Shown: piece by piece, positions 19,198 through 28,755 of the stretch
Position numbering within the stretch: position 1 is the stretch's first letter
Layout: each line of letters opens with the position of its first letter
Source: Candidatus Omnitrophota bacterium
GTDB lineage: Bacteria > Omnitrophota > Gorgyraeia > Gygaellales > Profunditerraquicolaceae
Direction of reading: 5' to 3'
Length of the DNA: 64,000 bases
NCBI GenBank assembly: GCA_050012075.1
Contig: JBEKHW010000004.1
Location: forward strand, 8,864-72,863
Notes under the pieces: generated by a model
What the model was told of the DNA's origin: nothing
The model's input: only the letters and a program-made list of their open reading frames with translations
The model's database searches: none
Position numbers and translations under genes: made by a program

Positions 19198-19235
19198 TAT
19201 GAAAAAGATACGCCGCAGGAGATAGGAAGGAATTT

Positions 19236-20486
19236 ATGGAAAAAGCTCTGTTAGTGACTATACGGCTTAAGTCGGATAGGGACAATTGGAAGATGGATGA
19301 CGTAGCCGAAGAACTCGAAGAATTAACGCGTTCCGCAGGCGCTCAACCGGTGGACACTGTCAGCTGTTTCTGCGAAAAATTCACCCCAAATCTGCTTATC
19401 GGTAAAGGCAAGGTAGAAGAAATCGCCGGTATCTCCCAGGAAGAGAACGTTGATACCGTGATTTTTAGCGCCGACCTTTCCGGGACGCAGCAGAGGACGC
19501 TGGAAGAAATAATCGGCAAGAAAACCATTGACCGCACGCAGCTTATATTGGATATTTTTGCCCGCAGGGCAAAAAGCCCCGAGGGAAAAATGCAGGTGGA
19601 GCTGGCGCAGCTGGAATACCTTATACCCCGGCTCGTAGGCAAGGGGATAATGCTCTCGCGGTTAGGCGGCGGCATAGGGACAAGGGGCCCCGGAGAACAG
19701 AAGCTGGAAGTTGACCGCAGGCGTATCAGAAAACGCATTGATAAATTAAAGGAAGAGCTTAAGGGCGTAGTGCAACACCGTCTGGTCATGCGTAAGAAAA
19801 GAAAGGAGAACGCTGTCCCTGTTGCAGCACTCGTCGGTTACACTAACGCGGGAAAATCCACGCTTATGAACGCGCTTGCCAATGCCGAACAGCTGGTGCA
19901 GGACAGCCTCTTTACTACTCTGGATACTATTTTTAAAAATCTCCAACTGCCCGGAGGAGAGAATATCATTATTTCTGACACCGTCGGGTTCTTGCATAAC
20001 CTTCCGCATCATCTTATAGAAGCGTTTAAAGCGACACTGGAAGAAGTGGTAGAGGCGGATTTATTGATCCATGTCCTGGATGCTTCGCATCCAAAAGTAT
20101 ACGATCACGCGAAAGCGGTACTCCAGGTTTTAAAAGAACTAGGCGCCGATAAAAAACACCTTATTACAGCCCTTAATAAAATAGACTTGGCTAGCGATCC
20201 CCTATGGCTAAATAAACTTAAGGAAGATTTTTCTGACGCGGTCCTTATCTCTGCAAAACTAAAGACTAACCTGGATATATTGCTCGGGAAGATTCAGGAT
20301 AATTTCTCCCAGAGAATGATTGAAAAGGAGATACTGATTCCGCATTCCAGGATGGACCTGGTAGATTTATTCCATCGGGAAGGTAAGGTTATTAAGATAG
20401 AATATCTGCAGAAAGGCATAAAAATCAAGCTTAACCTGCCATTGATATTACATAATAAGCTATTACATTCAGGCCAGATAAAATAA
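19236..20486 (+). CDS. hflX: Ribosome-associated GTPase HflX
   Basis: [37 protein letters not shown]. Confidence 0.96.
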   Translation: MEKALLVTIRLKSDRDNWKMDDVAEELEELTRSAGAQPVDTVSCFCEKFTPNLLIGKGKVEEIAGISQEENVDTVIFSADLSGTQQRTLEEIIGKKTIDRTQLILDIFARRAKSPEGKMQVELAQLEYLIPRLVGKGIMLSRLGGGIGTRGPGEQKLEVDRRRIRKRIDKLKEELKGVVQHRLVMRKKRKENAVPVAALVGYTNAGKSTLMNALANAEQLVQDSLFTTLDTIFKNLQLPGGENIIISDTVGFLHNLPHHLIEAFKATLEEVVEADLLIHVLDASHPKVYDHAKAVLQVLKELGADKKHLITALNKIDLASDPLWLNKLKEDFSDAVLISAKLKTNLDILLGKIQDNFSQRMIEKEILIPHSRMDLVDLFHREGKVIKIEYLQKGIKIKLNLPLILHNKLLHSGQIK

Positions 20487-20496
20487 TCTGTTGCGA

Positions 20497-21678
20497 ATGA
20501 AGATCCTCCATATTACAACCGTTATCCATCCGTATCTGAATAATTTTATACGCGAAGAATCACTGAAAGAGGTTGTTAATGTTTTGGTGATAACCAAAGA
20601 TGGGCGGCCCGGGAAAGATTTTATAAAGAAAAACCTCGTAGTTACTTATATCCGGGGCGATACTTCTAATTTTGTATGCAGCAAGGATGAATCTTTATGC
20701 CGGGACGTTTTAGCGCATATCAATCATGAAAAGCCGGATGTTGTCAATTTCCAGTATTGTATCGGTATAGACATCCTTTCTATAATGGAAGAGCTCGTGC
20801 ATCGCGGTATCAAAATGGTAACTTTCCTTCACGACCATTTTTTATATTGCCCTAGGGTAACAAACCTGAATAATAAGGAAAATATCTGCACAGGCGCGTT
20901 TCATTCCTGCTCTTCTTGCTGCATATATGATTATTTTTCAAAGAAAACTGGACTTACTCCCGATTATTGGGTTTCTCGGAAGAAAATGACGGCGATAAAG
21001 ATAATGAGTTTATTTGATGCCGTCATCTGCCCTTCGCATAGCTTAAAGAATAAATTAGACGGGCTTTTTCCTTGGTTCAAAGATAAGACCGTCGTCAGGT
21101 ATTCTGGGGTAAAAAAATATGGCTGCAAGAGGCGCATCATCCGAGGGATAAAGACGATCGGCTATTGTGGATCAGTTACGTATCAGAAGGGGATAGATTA
21201 TTTTCTGGAGGCATTTGATAGGGCTTGCCGCCAAAGGGATATCAATTTACTTTTAGCAATCCGGCGTCCGGAACCAAAGACTTTTAATAAGGTTTACAAG
21301 ATTATACGTAGGAATCCCCGTATTCAATTTATGTGGGATGTGCCGTATGAAAAAATCTATAGTAAATTTTATCGGCGCATTGACCTTTTGGTGATCCCTT
21401 CGATTTTCCAGGAGCCGGGCCCATTAGTGCTTTGGGAGGCTTTTGTTCATGGGATCCCCGTGCTTGTCCCTGAAATTGACAGTATTGTTGAGAAAGTCAA
21501 GGTAGGCGTTAACGCATTGGTCTTTAAGTATAAATCGAGTCCTGACCTGGAGAAGCAAATCAAGTATGCCGTAGATAAATTTCCATTTTGCTTTGATGAT
21601 AGTTCTAATTGGTATACCCCTATGAAACAGCATGTATCGGAGATAAGGAAACTTTATAGGACTACTAATATCTGTTAG
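20497..21678 (+). CDS. GT4-family glycosyltransferase
   Basis: MKILHI start, LHDHFLYCPR, PSIFQEPGPLVLWEAF. Confidence 0.8.
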   Translation: MKILHITTVIHPYLNNFIREESLKEVVNVLVITKDGRPGKDFIKKNLVVTYIRGDTSNFVCSKDESLCRDVLAHINHEKPDVVNFQYCIGIDILSIMEELVHRGIKMVTFLHDHFLYCPRVTNLNNKENICTGAFHSCSSCCIYDYFSKKTGLTPDYWVSRKKMTAIKIMSLFDAVICPSHSLKNKLDGLFPWFKDKTVVRYSGVKKYGCKRRIIRGIKTIGYCGSVTYQKGIDYFLEAFDRACRQRDINLLLAIRRPEPKTFNKVYKIIRRNPRIQFMWDVPYEKIYSKFYRRIDLLVIPSIFQEPGPLVLWEAFVHGIPVLVPEIDSIVEKVKVGVNALVFKYKSSPDLEKQIKYAVDKFPFCFDDSSNWYTPMKQHVSEIRKLYRTTNIC

Positions 21679-21706
21679 ATTATCTAACGATTTCTATTGA
21701 AAATAC

Positions 21707-21735
21707 TTGACAAAATAATTAGATTATGCTATATT
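21707..21735 (+). promoter_or_regulatory. sigma70 promoter of the hspR-like gene
   Basis: TTGACA 21707-21712, 17 nt, TGcTATATT. Confidence 0.65.
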
Positions 21736-21769
21736 TAGTCTAGGATGAGAGAGGGGGAAAGGAGCAAGG

Positions 21770-22030
21770 ATGCCTCTGTACGATATCCAGATTAGCCCTG
21801 ATGAGCCGGTATATGTGATTAGTGTAGTGAGTAGACTGGTGACATTGCCGGTATGGACATTGCGCCAACTGGATAAAGCCGGGATTGTTTCTCCTAAGAG
21901 AATAGGCAAGAAGAGCCGTCTTTATTCCTTGAAAGATATGCGAAGGTTAGAATACGTGCATTACCTCATGGAAGTCAGGCATGTGAATATACACGGTATA
22001 AAAATTATTCTTGAAAAAGAGAAAGAGTAA
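21770..22030 (+). CDS. HspR-like MerR-family heat-shock regulator
   Basis: DEPVYVISVV..TLRQ..RLYS..VNIHGI resembles epsilonproteobacterial HspR; upstream of the dnaK cluster. Confidence 0.8.
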   Translation: MPLYDIQISPDEPVYVISVVSRLVTLPVWTLRQLDKAGIVSPKRIGKKSRLYSLKDMRRLEYVHYLMEVRHVNIHGIKIILEKEKE

Positions 22031-22047
22031 ATTTTTTTGACTTAATG

Positions 22048-22074
22048 TTAGCACTCTGCTTCGTGGACTGCGAC
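22048..22074 (+). promoter_or_regulatory. CIRCE with a damaged right arm
   Basis: TTAGCACTC-N9-GACTGCgac versus consensus TTAGCACTC-N9-GAGTGCTAA. Confidence 0.7.
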
Positions 22075-22173
22075 CCCCCAGCAGGCAAGTTCTTATCAGG
22101 AGAACTTAAAGAAAATGCAAAGGTAGTGATGGATTTGGACTCGAATAAAAAGATCGTATTTAAGGCAGGATGA
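22072..22173 (+). pseudogene. C-terminal remnant of ClpB/ClpC
   Basis: Hand translation DPPAGKFLSGELKENAKVVMDLDSNKKIVFKAG*, resembling the ClpB tail DPLAxKILSGE..V.VD..IVF. Confidence 0.65.
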
Positions 22174-22178
22174 TTCAA

Positions 22179-22206
22179 TTGACAAACTATTAATTTATGT
22201 TAAAAT
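22179..22206 (+). promoter_or_regulatory. sigma70 promoter of the hrcA operon
   Basis: TTGACA 22179-22184, 16 nt, TGtTAAAAT. Confidence 0.7.
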
Positions 22207-22212
22207 TACCTT

Positions 22213-22239
22213 TTAGCATTCGAAAGGAAAGAGTGCTAA
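22213..22239 (+). promoter_or_regulatory. CIRCE operator
   Basis: TTAGCATTC-N9-GAGTGCTAA (one mismatch) directly upstream of hrcA. Confidence 0.92.
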
Positions 22240-22273
22240 AAGGCTTGTTATTGCGGTAGGCAGGGAGCCATAT

Positions 22274-23011
22274 ATGGTAAGAAACGTTGACTACGATACA
22301 AGAAGAAGAGCGATTTTAGCGGCAACCATTGACAGGTATATCAAGAATGCGCAACCGGTTGCTTCAGAGGATATTGCCAGGGAATTTGATTTAAGTTCCG
22401 CGACTATCCGTAATATATTTGCCGAGCTTGAGGAATCCGGCTATCTTACCCACCCGCATACTTCAGGCGGCAGGCTTCCTACGAATAAAGGTTACCGTTA
22501 TTACGTGGATTTCCTTACGTCCCAGATGGAACTTCTGGATGAGGAAAAAGAGCGGATTTTAAAGGGTTACAAGAGAGAAATCAAGATACTTGAAGAAGCG
22601 CTGGAGGAGACCTCTGAGCTTATCTCCGCGGTAACCCATTACGCGGGCATAGTGTCTTTTATGGAGTGGCACGATAAGTTGTTTTACAGGGGGATAAGCA
22701 GGATTTTAGAACATCCCGAATTCCACGATTTCGAAAAAGTAAGGGTGCTGTTCAAGATTATTGAGGATAAAAAGAGGCTGCTCGAAATCATAAATCGCGA
22801 TTTCGATGAAAGGATAAAAGTCTATATCGGCCAGGAACTGGGCTGCCCTGAAATGGAGAATTGTTCTTTGGTAATTTCAAGCTATCGCATTAATAACCGG
22901 CTCTCTGGAAGAGTGGCGGTCTTGGGCCCGCAGCGGATGGAGTACAACCATATTATACCGGCCCTGGAATATATATCGGACGTATTAACGACTGTTTTGG
23001 GGAATATTTAG
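22274..23011 (+). CDS. hrcA: Heat-inducible repressor HrcA (short form)
   Basis: SSATIRN, HPHTSGGRLPT.KGYRYYVD, HPEF, LGPQRMEY; 245 aa. Confidence 0.92.
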   Translation: MVRNVDYDTRRRAILAATIDRYIKNAQPVASEDIAREFDLSSATIRNIFAELEESGYLTHPHTSGGRLPTNKGYRYYVDFLTSQMELLDEEKERILKGYKREIKILEEALEETSELISAVTHYAGIVSFMEWHDKLFYRGISRILEHPEFHDFEKVRVLFKIIEDKKRLLEIINRDFDERIKVYIGQELGCPEMENCSLVISSYRINNRLSGRVAVLGPQRMEYNHIIPALEYISDVLTTVLGNI

Positions 23012-23012
23012 A

Positions 23013-23546
23013 ATGGAAAAGGAAGAGCATAAAAACCAGGATCATAAAGAAGAAGCAAAGACAGTTACTTTGCCTGAAGTTGAATACGCAAAGCTTAAGG
23101 AAGAGGCGGAAAAAGCCAAGGAATACTGGGATAAGTTACTGCGGCTTCAGGCGGAATTTGAAAATAGCCGCAAGCGTATTGAGAAGGAAAAACAGGATTA
23201 CATAAAGTTCGCAAACGAAGAAGTAATCCTGGAGTTATTGAACATACTGGATGATTTGGAGCGCGTTGTGGAATTGGCTCAGGCAAAACATGAGGATTTG
23301 CCTGCTTTTTTGAAAGGCGTGGAAATGATATTAGCGCATCTTTATGATATGATTAAGGAGCACGGCGTAAAACCTATTGATGCTACAGGTAAGATTTTTG
23401 ACCCGCATTGCCATGAGGCGCTTATGCAAGTTGAAAACAAGGATGTGCCGGAGCATACCGTGCTTGAAGAGTTGCAAAAGGGTTATATGTTGAACGATAG
23501 GGTGATTAGAACTGCGAAGGTGAAGGTGTCCAAGAAGGGCACTTAA
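23013..23546 (+). CDS. grpE: Nucleotide exchange factor GrpE
   Basis: LLRLQAEFENSRKR, FDPHCHEA, QKGYMLNDRVIRTAKVKV. Confidence 0.96.
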   Translation: MEKEEHKNQDHKEEAKTVTLPEVEYAKLKEEAEKAKEYWDKLLRLQAEFENSRKRIEKEKQDYIKFANEEVILELLNILDDLERVVELAQAKHEDLPAFLKGVEMILAHLYDMIKEHGVKPIDATGKIFDPHCHEALMQVENKDVPEHTVLEELQKGYMLNDRVIRTAKVKVSKKGT

Positions 23547-23561
23547 TAAATATGACATTAT

Positions 23562-23619
23562 ACTCCCACATAGTGCGGAGTTAAATAAGCCATAAGCGCC
23601 AGGGGCATGGCTTATTTAA
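23562..23619 (+). repeat. Un-nested copy of the triloop-hairpin + 13-bp-stem module in the dnaK leader
   Basis: actcc-cac ata gtgcggagt, then ttaaataagccat aagc gcc agg ggc atggcttatttaa, then SD GGAGG. Confidence 0.85.
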
Positions 23620-23629
23620 GGAGGGTAAA

Positions 23630-25525
23630 ATGGCAAAAGTAATCGGTATCGATTTAGGGACTTCTAATTCGGCAGCTGCGGTAATGGAAGGCGGCAGGCC
23701 TGTGATTATACCTTCTGCGGAAGGCGCGGGTGTGGCTTCCGGAAAGGCATTCCCTTCTTATGTCGCTTTTACAAAGGACGGCCAGCGTCTTGTCGGTGAA
23801 CCTGCCCGCAGGCAGGCGGCAATTAACGCTGAAGGGACAATCCAGGCTGCCAAGCGCAAGATGGGCACGGACGATAAATTCAAGGTTTTTGGCAAGGAGT
23901 ATACGCCGCAGCAAATCTCCGCGTTTATCCTGCAGAAGATAAAACAGGACGCGGAGGCGTACCTGGGCGAGAAAGTTGAAGAGGCAGTAATTACCTGCCC
24001 TGCTTATTTCAATGATAACCAGAGGACCGCTACAAAAGACGCCGGAGAAATAGCGGGCTTAAAGGTGTTACGCATAATCAATGAGCCTACGGCAGCATGC
24101 CTTGCCTATGGTTTAGAGAAGGCCCAAAAAGCGCAAAAGATCATGGTTTTTGATTTAGGCGGCGGGACCCTGGATGTCACCATAATGGAGATGGACCAGG
24201 GTGTTTTTCACGTGCAATCAACTTCAGGCGATACGCAGCTGGGTGGCACAGATATGGACAAGGTTCTGCTTGAGTATATCGCCGGGCAGTTTAAGCGCGA
24301 AACTGGAATAGAGCTTCTGAATGATAAAATGGCAGTGCAAAGGGTGCGCGAGGCAGCAGAAAAGGCCAAGATCGAATTATCTTCGACTGTCAGCACGGAT
24401 ATCAATCTTCCTTTTATTACGGCGGATGCGACAGGGCCTAAACATTTGACTATGAATATTACCCGCGCAAAACTGGAAGACCTGATTTCTCCGATTATTC
24501 AAAGGTGCCGCCATCCAATGGAACAGGCGCTCTCGGATGCAAAGTTGACCAGTAGCGAAATCGACCGCATTATCATGGTGGGTGGTCCAACAAGGATGCC
24601 TATCGTGCAGAAGTTCGTCGAAGATTACGTGGGCAAGAAGATAGAGCGTGGGGTTGACCCTATGGAATGCGTTGCTTTGGGTGCCGCGATTCAGGCAGCG
24701 ATCATTACCGGAGAGGTCAAAGACGTTCTTCTTCTGGATGTTACCCCGCTTTCCCTGGGTATTGAAACATTGGGAGGGGTAAACACAAAATTAATAGAGA
24801 GGAACGCTTCTATCCCTACTCAAAAAAGCCAGGTTTTTTCTACTGCGGCGGATAACCAGACCGCGGTTACCATCAGGGTCCTGCAGGGTGAGCGCCAGAT
24901 GGCAGACGATAACGTGGAATTAGGAAGGTTTGACCTGGTGGGTATACCGCCAGCACCCAGGGGTGTACCGCAAATTGAAGTAAAATTTGATATTGACCGG
25001 GACGGGATTGTGCATGTTTCAGCAAAGGATTTAGGCACCGGTAAAGAACAATCTATCCGTATCACCGCGCCCAAGAAACTCTCCAAGGAAGAAATAGACA
25101 AGATGGTCAGGGACGCGGAGAAATTTGCGGCTGAGGATACCAAGAAAAAAGAAGAGGTTGAAACTGTCAATCAGGCAGATACCCTGGTTTATGCCACTGA
25201 AAAATCCCTTAAGGATTTCGGGGATAAAGTCAGCCAGAGTGAGCGTGCCGACATAGAGGCCAGGACAAATGATTTGAAGGCAGCGATTAAAGATAAAAAC
25301 GTGGACAGGATTAAGAAAGGCATGGAAGATTTGACCCGCGCTTCGCATAAATTAGCCGAAGAGATATACAAGCAGGCAGGCGCAAAGCAGCAGCAGTCTC
25401 AGCAGCCAGGGCAGGGCCAAGGGCCTCAGCAGGAAGCACAAGAAGAGCCAAAGGGCTCCGCAGGCGGAAAAGAAGATGTGATTGACGCGGAGTTCAAGGA
25501 AGAGGACGATAAAAATAGTAAATAG
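23630..25525 (+). CDS. dnaK: Chaperone DnaK (Hsp70)
   Basis: [33 protein letters not shown]-terminal DAEFKE. Confidence 0.98.
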   Translation: MAKVIGIDLGTSNSAAAVMEGGRPVIIPSAEGAGVASGKAFPSYVAFTKDGQRLVGEPARRQAAINAEGTIQAAKRKMGTDDKFKVFGKEYTPQQISAFILQKIKQDAEAYLGEKVEEAVITCPAYFNDNQRTATKDAGEIAGLKVLRIINEPTAACLAYGLEKAQKAQKIMVFDLGGGTLDVTIMEMDQGVFHVQSTSGDTQLGGTDMDKVLLEYIAGQFKRETGIELLNDKMAVQRVREAAEKAKIELSSTVSTDINLPFITADATGPKHLTMNITRAKLEDLISPIIQRCRHPMEQALSDAKLTSSEIDRIIMVGGPTRMPIVQKFVEDYVGKKIERGVDPMECVALGAAIQAAIITGEVKDVLLLDVTPLSLGIETLGGVNTKLIERNASIPTQKSQVFSTAADNQTAVTIRVLQGERQMADDNVELGRFDLVGIPPAPRGVPQIEVKFDIDRDGIVHVSAKDLGTGKEQSIRITAPKKLSKEEIDKMVRDAEKFAAEDTKKKEEVETVNQADTLVYATEKSLKDFGDKVSQSERADIEARTNDLKAAIKDKNVDRIKKGMEDLTRASHKLAEEIYKQAGAKQQQSQQPGQGQGPQQEAQEEPKGSAGGKEDVIDAEFKEEDDKNSK

Positions 25526-25591
25526 TTCATAGTTGATAGTTCATAGTAAAATATTGTACCATTAACCATGAACAATGAACTATGAACCATT
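25524..25591. repeat. AGTTCAT/ATGAACT heptamer inverted array
   Basis: agttcat agttgat agttcat ... taccatt aaccatg aacaatg aactatg aaccatt. Confidence 0.85.
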
Positions 25592-25596
25592 ATATA

Positions 25597-26754
25597 ATGA
25601 GCACTAAACGCGACTATTATGAATTACTGGGTGTAAAAAAGAACGCAACCCTTGATGAGATAAAGAAAGCTTACCGGGAGTTGGCGTTGAGGTTCCATCC
25701 TGACCGCGTTCCCCACGAGCAGAAAAAGGAAGCGGAAGAGAAATTTAAAGAGATCTCCGAGGCCTACGCAGTCCTGTCAGATTCCCAGAAGCGTGCGCTT
25801 TACGATCAGTACGGGCATTCCGGAATAGACCAGAAATACGCCTATGAGGATATATTCAAAGGCGCTGATTTTTCAACTATTTTTCAGGATTTAGGTGATT
25901 ACGGCGTTGGAGGAGGGCTTTTTGAAGATATTTTTAGCGACCTGGGGTTTGATATTTTCGGAGGAAGGTCTTCTTCCCGTGGTACGGGAAGGCGCAGGGG
26001 CCGTGATTTACAGATAGCAGTTTCTATTACCCTCGAGGAAGCAGCTACGGGAACTGAAAAGACAATAAGCGTCCCCCGTTATGAAACTTGTTTTACCTGT
26101 TCAGGAAGCGGCGCAAAGCCGGGGACAAAAAGAATTACCTGTCCTCAGTGCAGAGGTTCCGGCCGCACGGTCGTATCAAACGGATTTTTCCAAATGGCAC
26201 AGACCTGTTCACGCTGCAGAGGAGAGGGCTCTACGATTCAGGCGCCCTGCCCTGATTGCCGTGGTGAAGGCAGGACAAAAGTCACCCACAAGATAAAGGT
26301 CAAGATACCTGCCGGAGTAGACAATAACTCAAGCCTCAGGGTCAGGGGTGAGGGTGAGGTAGGTGCTGCAGGCCATGGAGACCTGTATGTAGTGATTGAA
26401 GTAATGCCCCATTCTGTTTTTGAGCGGCATGATAACGATATAATTACTCAGGTGGGTATAAGTTTAAGCAAGGCGATCCTGGGAGGAGAAATAGAGGTCC
26501 ATACGTTAAACGGGAAAGCCAGTATGAAAATTCCGCAAGGCACGCAATCAGGAAGGATTTTCAGGTTAAAGGGGAAAGGGATACCGGATTTGCACGGTAG
26601 GGGGATAGGGGACGAGTTAATAAAAGTAGATGTCCAGATACCTGTTAGGTTGACACCCGAACAGCGTAAGCTGATTGAGGAGTTTGCCAGGCTTTCGGGG
26701 GAACAGGTAAATTCAGAAACTTTTACAGAAAGAATAAAGAAAACTTTTCGATAG
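25597..26754 (+). CDS. dnaJ: Chaperone DnaJ
   Basis: [13 protein letters not shown], four CxxCxGxG repeats; the ATG at 25582 is part of the repeat, so 25597 is preferred. Confidence 0.97.
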   Translation: MSTKRDYYELLGVKKNATLDEIKKAYRELALRFHPDRVPHEQKKEAEEKFKEISEAYAVLSDSQKRALYDQYGHSGIDQKYAYEDIFKGADFSTIFQDLGDYGVGGGLFEDIFSDLGFDIFGGRSSSRGTGRRRGRDLQIAVSITLEEAATGTEKTISVPRYETCFTCSGSGAKPGTKRITCPQCRGSGRTVVSNGFFQMAQTCSRCRGEGSTIQAPCPDCRGEGRTKVTHKIKVKIPAGVDNNSSLRVRGEGEVGAAGHGDLYVVIEVMPHSVFERHDNDIITQVGISLSKAILGGEIEVHTLNGKASMKIPQGTQSGRIFRLKGKGIPDLHGRGIGDELIKVDVQIPVRLTPEQRKLIEEFARLSGEQVNSETFTERIKKTFR

Positions 26755-26824
26755 TTCATAGTTAATAGTTAATGGTTCATGGTACGAGTCTTACTATGAA
26801 CTATGCACCATGAACTATGAACTA
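26753..26824. repeat. AGTTCAT/ATGAACT heptamer inverted array
   Basis: agttcat agttaat agttaat ggttcat ... tactatg aactatg caccatg aactatg aacta. Confidence 0.85.
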
Positions 26825-26849
26825 AATTCAATAAGGAGTTGGTTAAAAA

Positions 26850-27116
26850 ATGCCTACATACGAATACGAATGTTCACATTGCGGTCATAAGTTTGAATTA
26901 TCTCAGAAGATGACTGACAAGCCGGTAGAGAAGTGCCCTGAATGCCATAAGAAAGTCAGGCGCCTTATCGGCAGCGGCTCAGGTATTATTTTTAAAGGAA
27001 GCGGATTTTACGCCACGGATTACCGCAAGGGCTCGAAAGGCGAAGCGCAAAAATCCAAACCAGCTACCTGCCCGAAGGCGAAAGACGGTTGTAATGCCTG
27101 CCGGAAAATGGATTAA
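26850..27116 (+). CDS. FmdB-family zinc-ribbon protein
   Basis: MPTYEYECSHCGH..CPEC..FKGSGFYATDY. Confidence 0.92.
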   Translation: MPTYEYECSHCGHKFELSQKMTDKPVEKCPECHKKVRRLIGSGSGIIFKGSGFYATDYRKGSKGEAQKSKPATCPKAKDGCNACRKMD

Positions 27117-27119
27117 TAT

Positions 27120-27476
27120 ATGTCAGAGAGAATAATGTCCTGGTTCCTGGTAATATTCTGGATGGGGGCTATTTTTTATTTTTCTTCTATCCCCGGGAGA
27201 AATATTCCAGCCATATTCCCCTTTCAGGATGTGGTATTGCATATTTTTGTTTACGCGATATTAGGGGCATTCTTTGCCGCCGCATTAAAGAATACTTTTC
27301 CCGGGGTCACGTTACTTAAGTCAATAATCTTTGTGGTTATTTTTGGTTTCCTATACGGATTGAGTGATGAATGGCATCAGGGTTTTGTACCCGGCAGGAC
27401 GGTTTCCGGCCTCGATGTATTTTCTGATGTCTTAGGTTCGCTGGCAGGAGGATGGCTTTACCAATGGCGGAAATAA
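27120..27476 (+). CDS. VanZ-family membrane protein
   Basis: IFYFSS, DVVLH...Y, DEWHQGFVPGR..S..D. Confidence 0.88.
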   Translation: MSERIMSWFLVIFWMGAIFYFSSIPGRNIPAIFPFQDVVLHIFVYAILGAFFAAALKNTFPGVTLLKSIIFVVIFGFLYGLSDEWHQGFVPGRTVSGLDVFSDVLGSLAGGWLYQWRK

Positions 27477-28753
27477 AGCCGTTTAAAGCGGCAATTTATA
27501 ATCAGGAAAAGGTAAAAGACCTGTCGAAAGTAATCTGTCCGCCTTATGACATCATTTCACCGGCACAACAGGAGCGTTTCCATGAGAAAGACCCCCATAA
27601 TTTTATTTGTCTACTCCTTGGTAAGGATATCCCCGGAGAAGACAAGTATGTGCGCGCAGCCCAATATTTAAAGGAATGGTTTAACGAGAATATACTTGTC
27701 GAGGATAATGAACCGGCAATATATTTTTACACCCACGAGTATAGAATACAGGGGGAGAAAAAGACGCGGTTTGGATTTATCTGCCTCTTAAAGCTTCCGG
27801 ATAAGCAAAAATCTGTTTTTGTGCATGAGCATACGCGCCTGGCCCCGAAACAGGACAGGCTTAAACTCCTACGCCGCACAAAAGCAAACTTAAGCCCGAT
27901 ATTCGTAATCTTCCAGGATAAGAAGCGTATTATTCAGTATATCTCTAAAAATGGCATTGAAGGCACTTCTCCTTTTATTACTGTCTATGAAGAAGGCAAT
28001 ATCCATAAATTATGGAGGCTTTCTTCAGGGGATTTAGTGGTGCGGGTAGAGGAGGGTCTGCGCAATGAAAATATTTTCATCGCCGACGGCCACCACCGTT
28101 ACGAAGTAGCATGCATTTACCGGGAAGAAATGAGGAAAAGGCTGGGAGATAAGTTTACGGGCAGGGAAGATTTTAATTATGTCATGGCATATTTTACCAA
28201 TACCGACCAGCGAGGCCTGTCTATATTGCCTATACACCGCCTAATAAGATTAGGGAACGCCTTAGATATCGAGGACTTTAAGTCAAAACTTAAAGAACAT
28301 TTCAGTATCGAAGAGGTAAAAGAAAAAACGCGCTTCTTCTTCCTCATGCAGAAGGGCGGCCGCACGGAGAATGTCCTCGGCATGTATATGAAGGCAAGGT
28401 TTTACCTTTTGCGCCTGAAGAATATAAAGATCCTGGATAAGGCGATGGGCGATAAGCCCAAAGCTTATCGTACCCTCGATGTTTCCATATTGAACTCCTT
28501 AATTTTAAGGAATATTCTTGGGTTTGAGGAAAATGACAAAGAGAATATCGTTTACACCGTTAGTAGCCAGGAGGCGATTGCCGCAGTAGACAGCGCTTCT
28601 TTTGACCTGGTTTTTTTCTTGAATCCCGTGGATATCCAGCGGATAATTGCCGTAGCGCTTGCAGAAGAAAGAATGCCGCCAAAATCGACTTATTTTTATC
28701 CCAAGGTTATGTCGGGCCTGGTGGCAAGAAAATTTAACTCTAATCGGGAGTAG
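27464..28753 (+). CDS. DUF1015 family protein
   Basis: MAEIKPFKA, PPYDII, HEHT, IADGHHRYE, MPPKSTYFYPK. Confidence 0.9.
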   Translation: MAEIKPFKAAIYNQEKVKDLSKVICPPYDIISPAQQERFHEKDPHNFICLLLGKDIPGEDKYVRAAQYLKEWFNENILVEDNEPAIYFYTHEYRIQGEKKTRFGFICLLKLPDKQKSVFVHEHTRLAPKQDRLKLLRRTKANLSPIFVIFQDKKRIIQYISKNGIEGTSPFITVYEEGNIHKLWRLSSGDLVVRVEEGLRNENIFIADGHHRYEVACIYREEMRKRLGDKFTGREDFNYVMAYFTNTDQRGLSILPIHRLIRLGNALDIEDFKSKLKEHFSIEEVKEKTRFFFLMQKGGRTENVLGMYMKARFYLLRLKNIKILDKAMGDKPKAYRTLDVSILNSLILRNILGFEENDKENIVYTVSSQEAIAAVDSASFDLVFFLNPVDIQRIIAVALAEERMPPKSTYFYPKVMSGLVARKFNSNRE

Positions 28754-28755
28754 AT

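Noticed and set aside
19025-19200. 6S RNA or hfq between miaA and hflX
   Set aside because: No Sm-fold ORF (19054-19254 has no recognisable motif), and I cannot see 6S consensus features. A covariance search is needed to exclude 6S.
21700-21770. HAIR operator for the HspR-like gene
   Set aside because: Only a TTTAGTC half-site is present, with no matching inverted arm.
25524-26824. Possible CRISPR array or iterons
   Set aside because: The units are 7-8 nt in tandem without unique spacers, and there are no cas or rep genes in the window.
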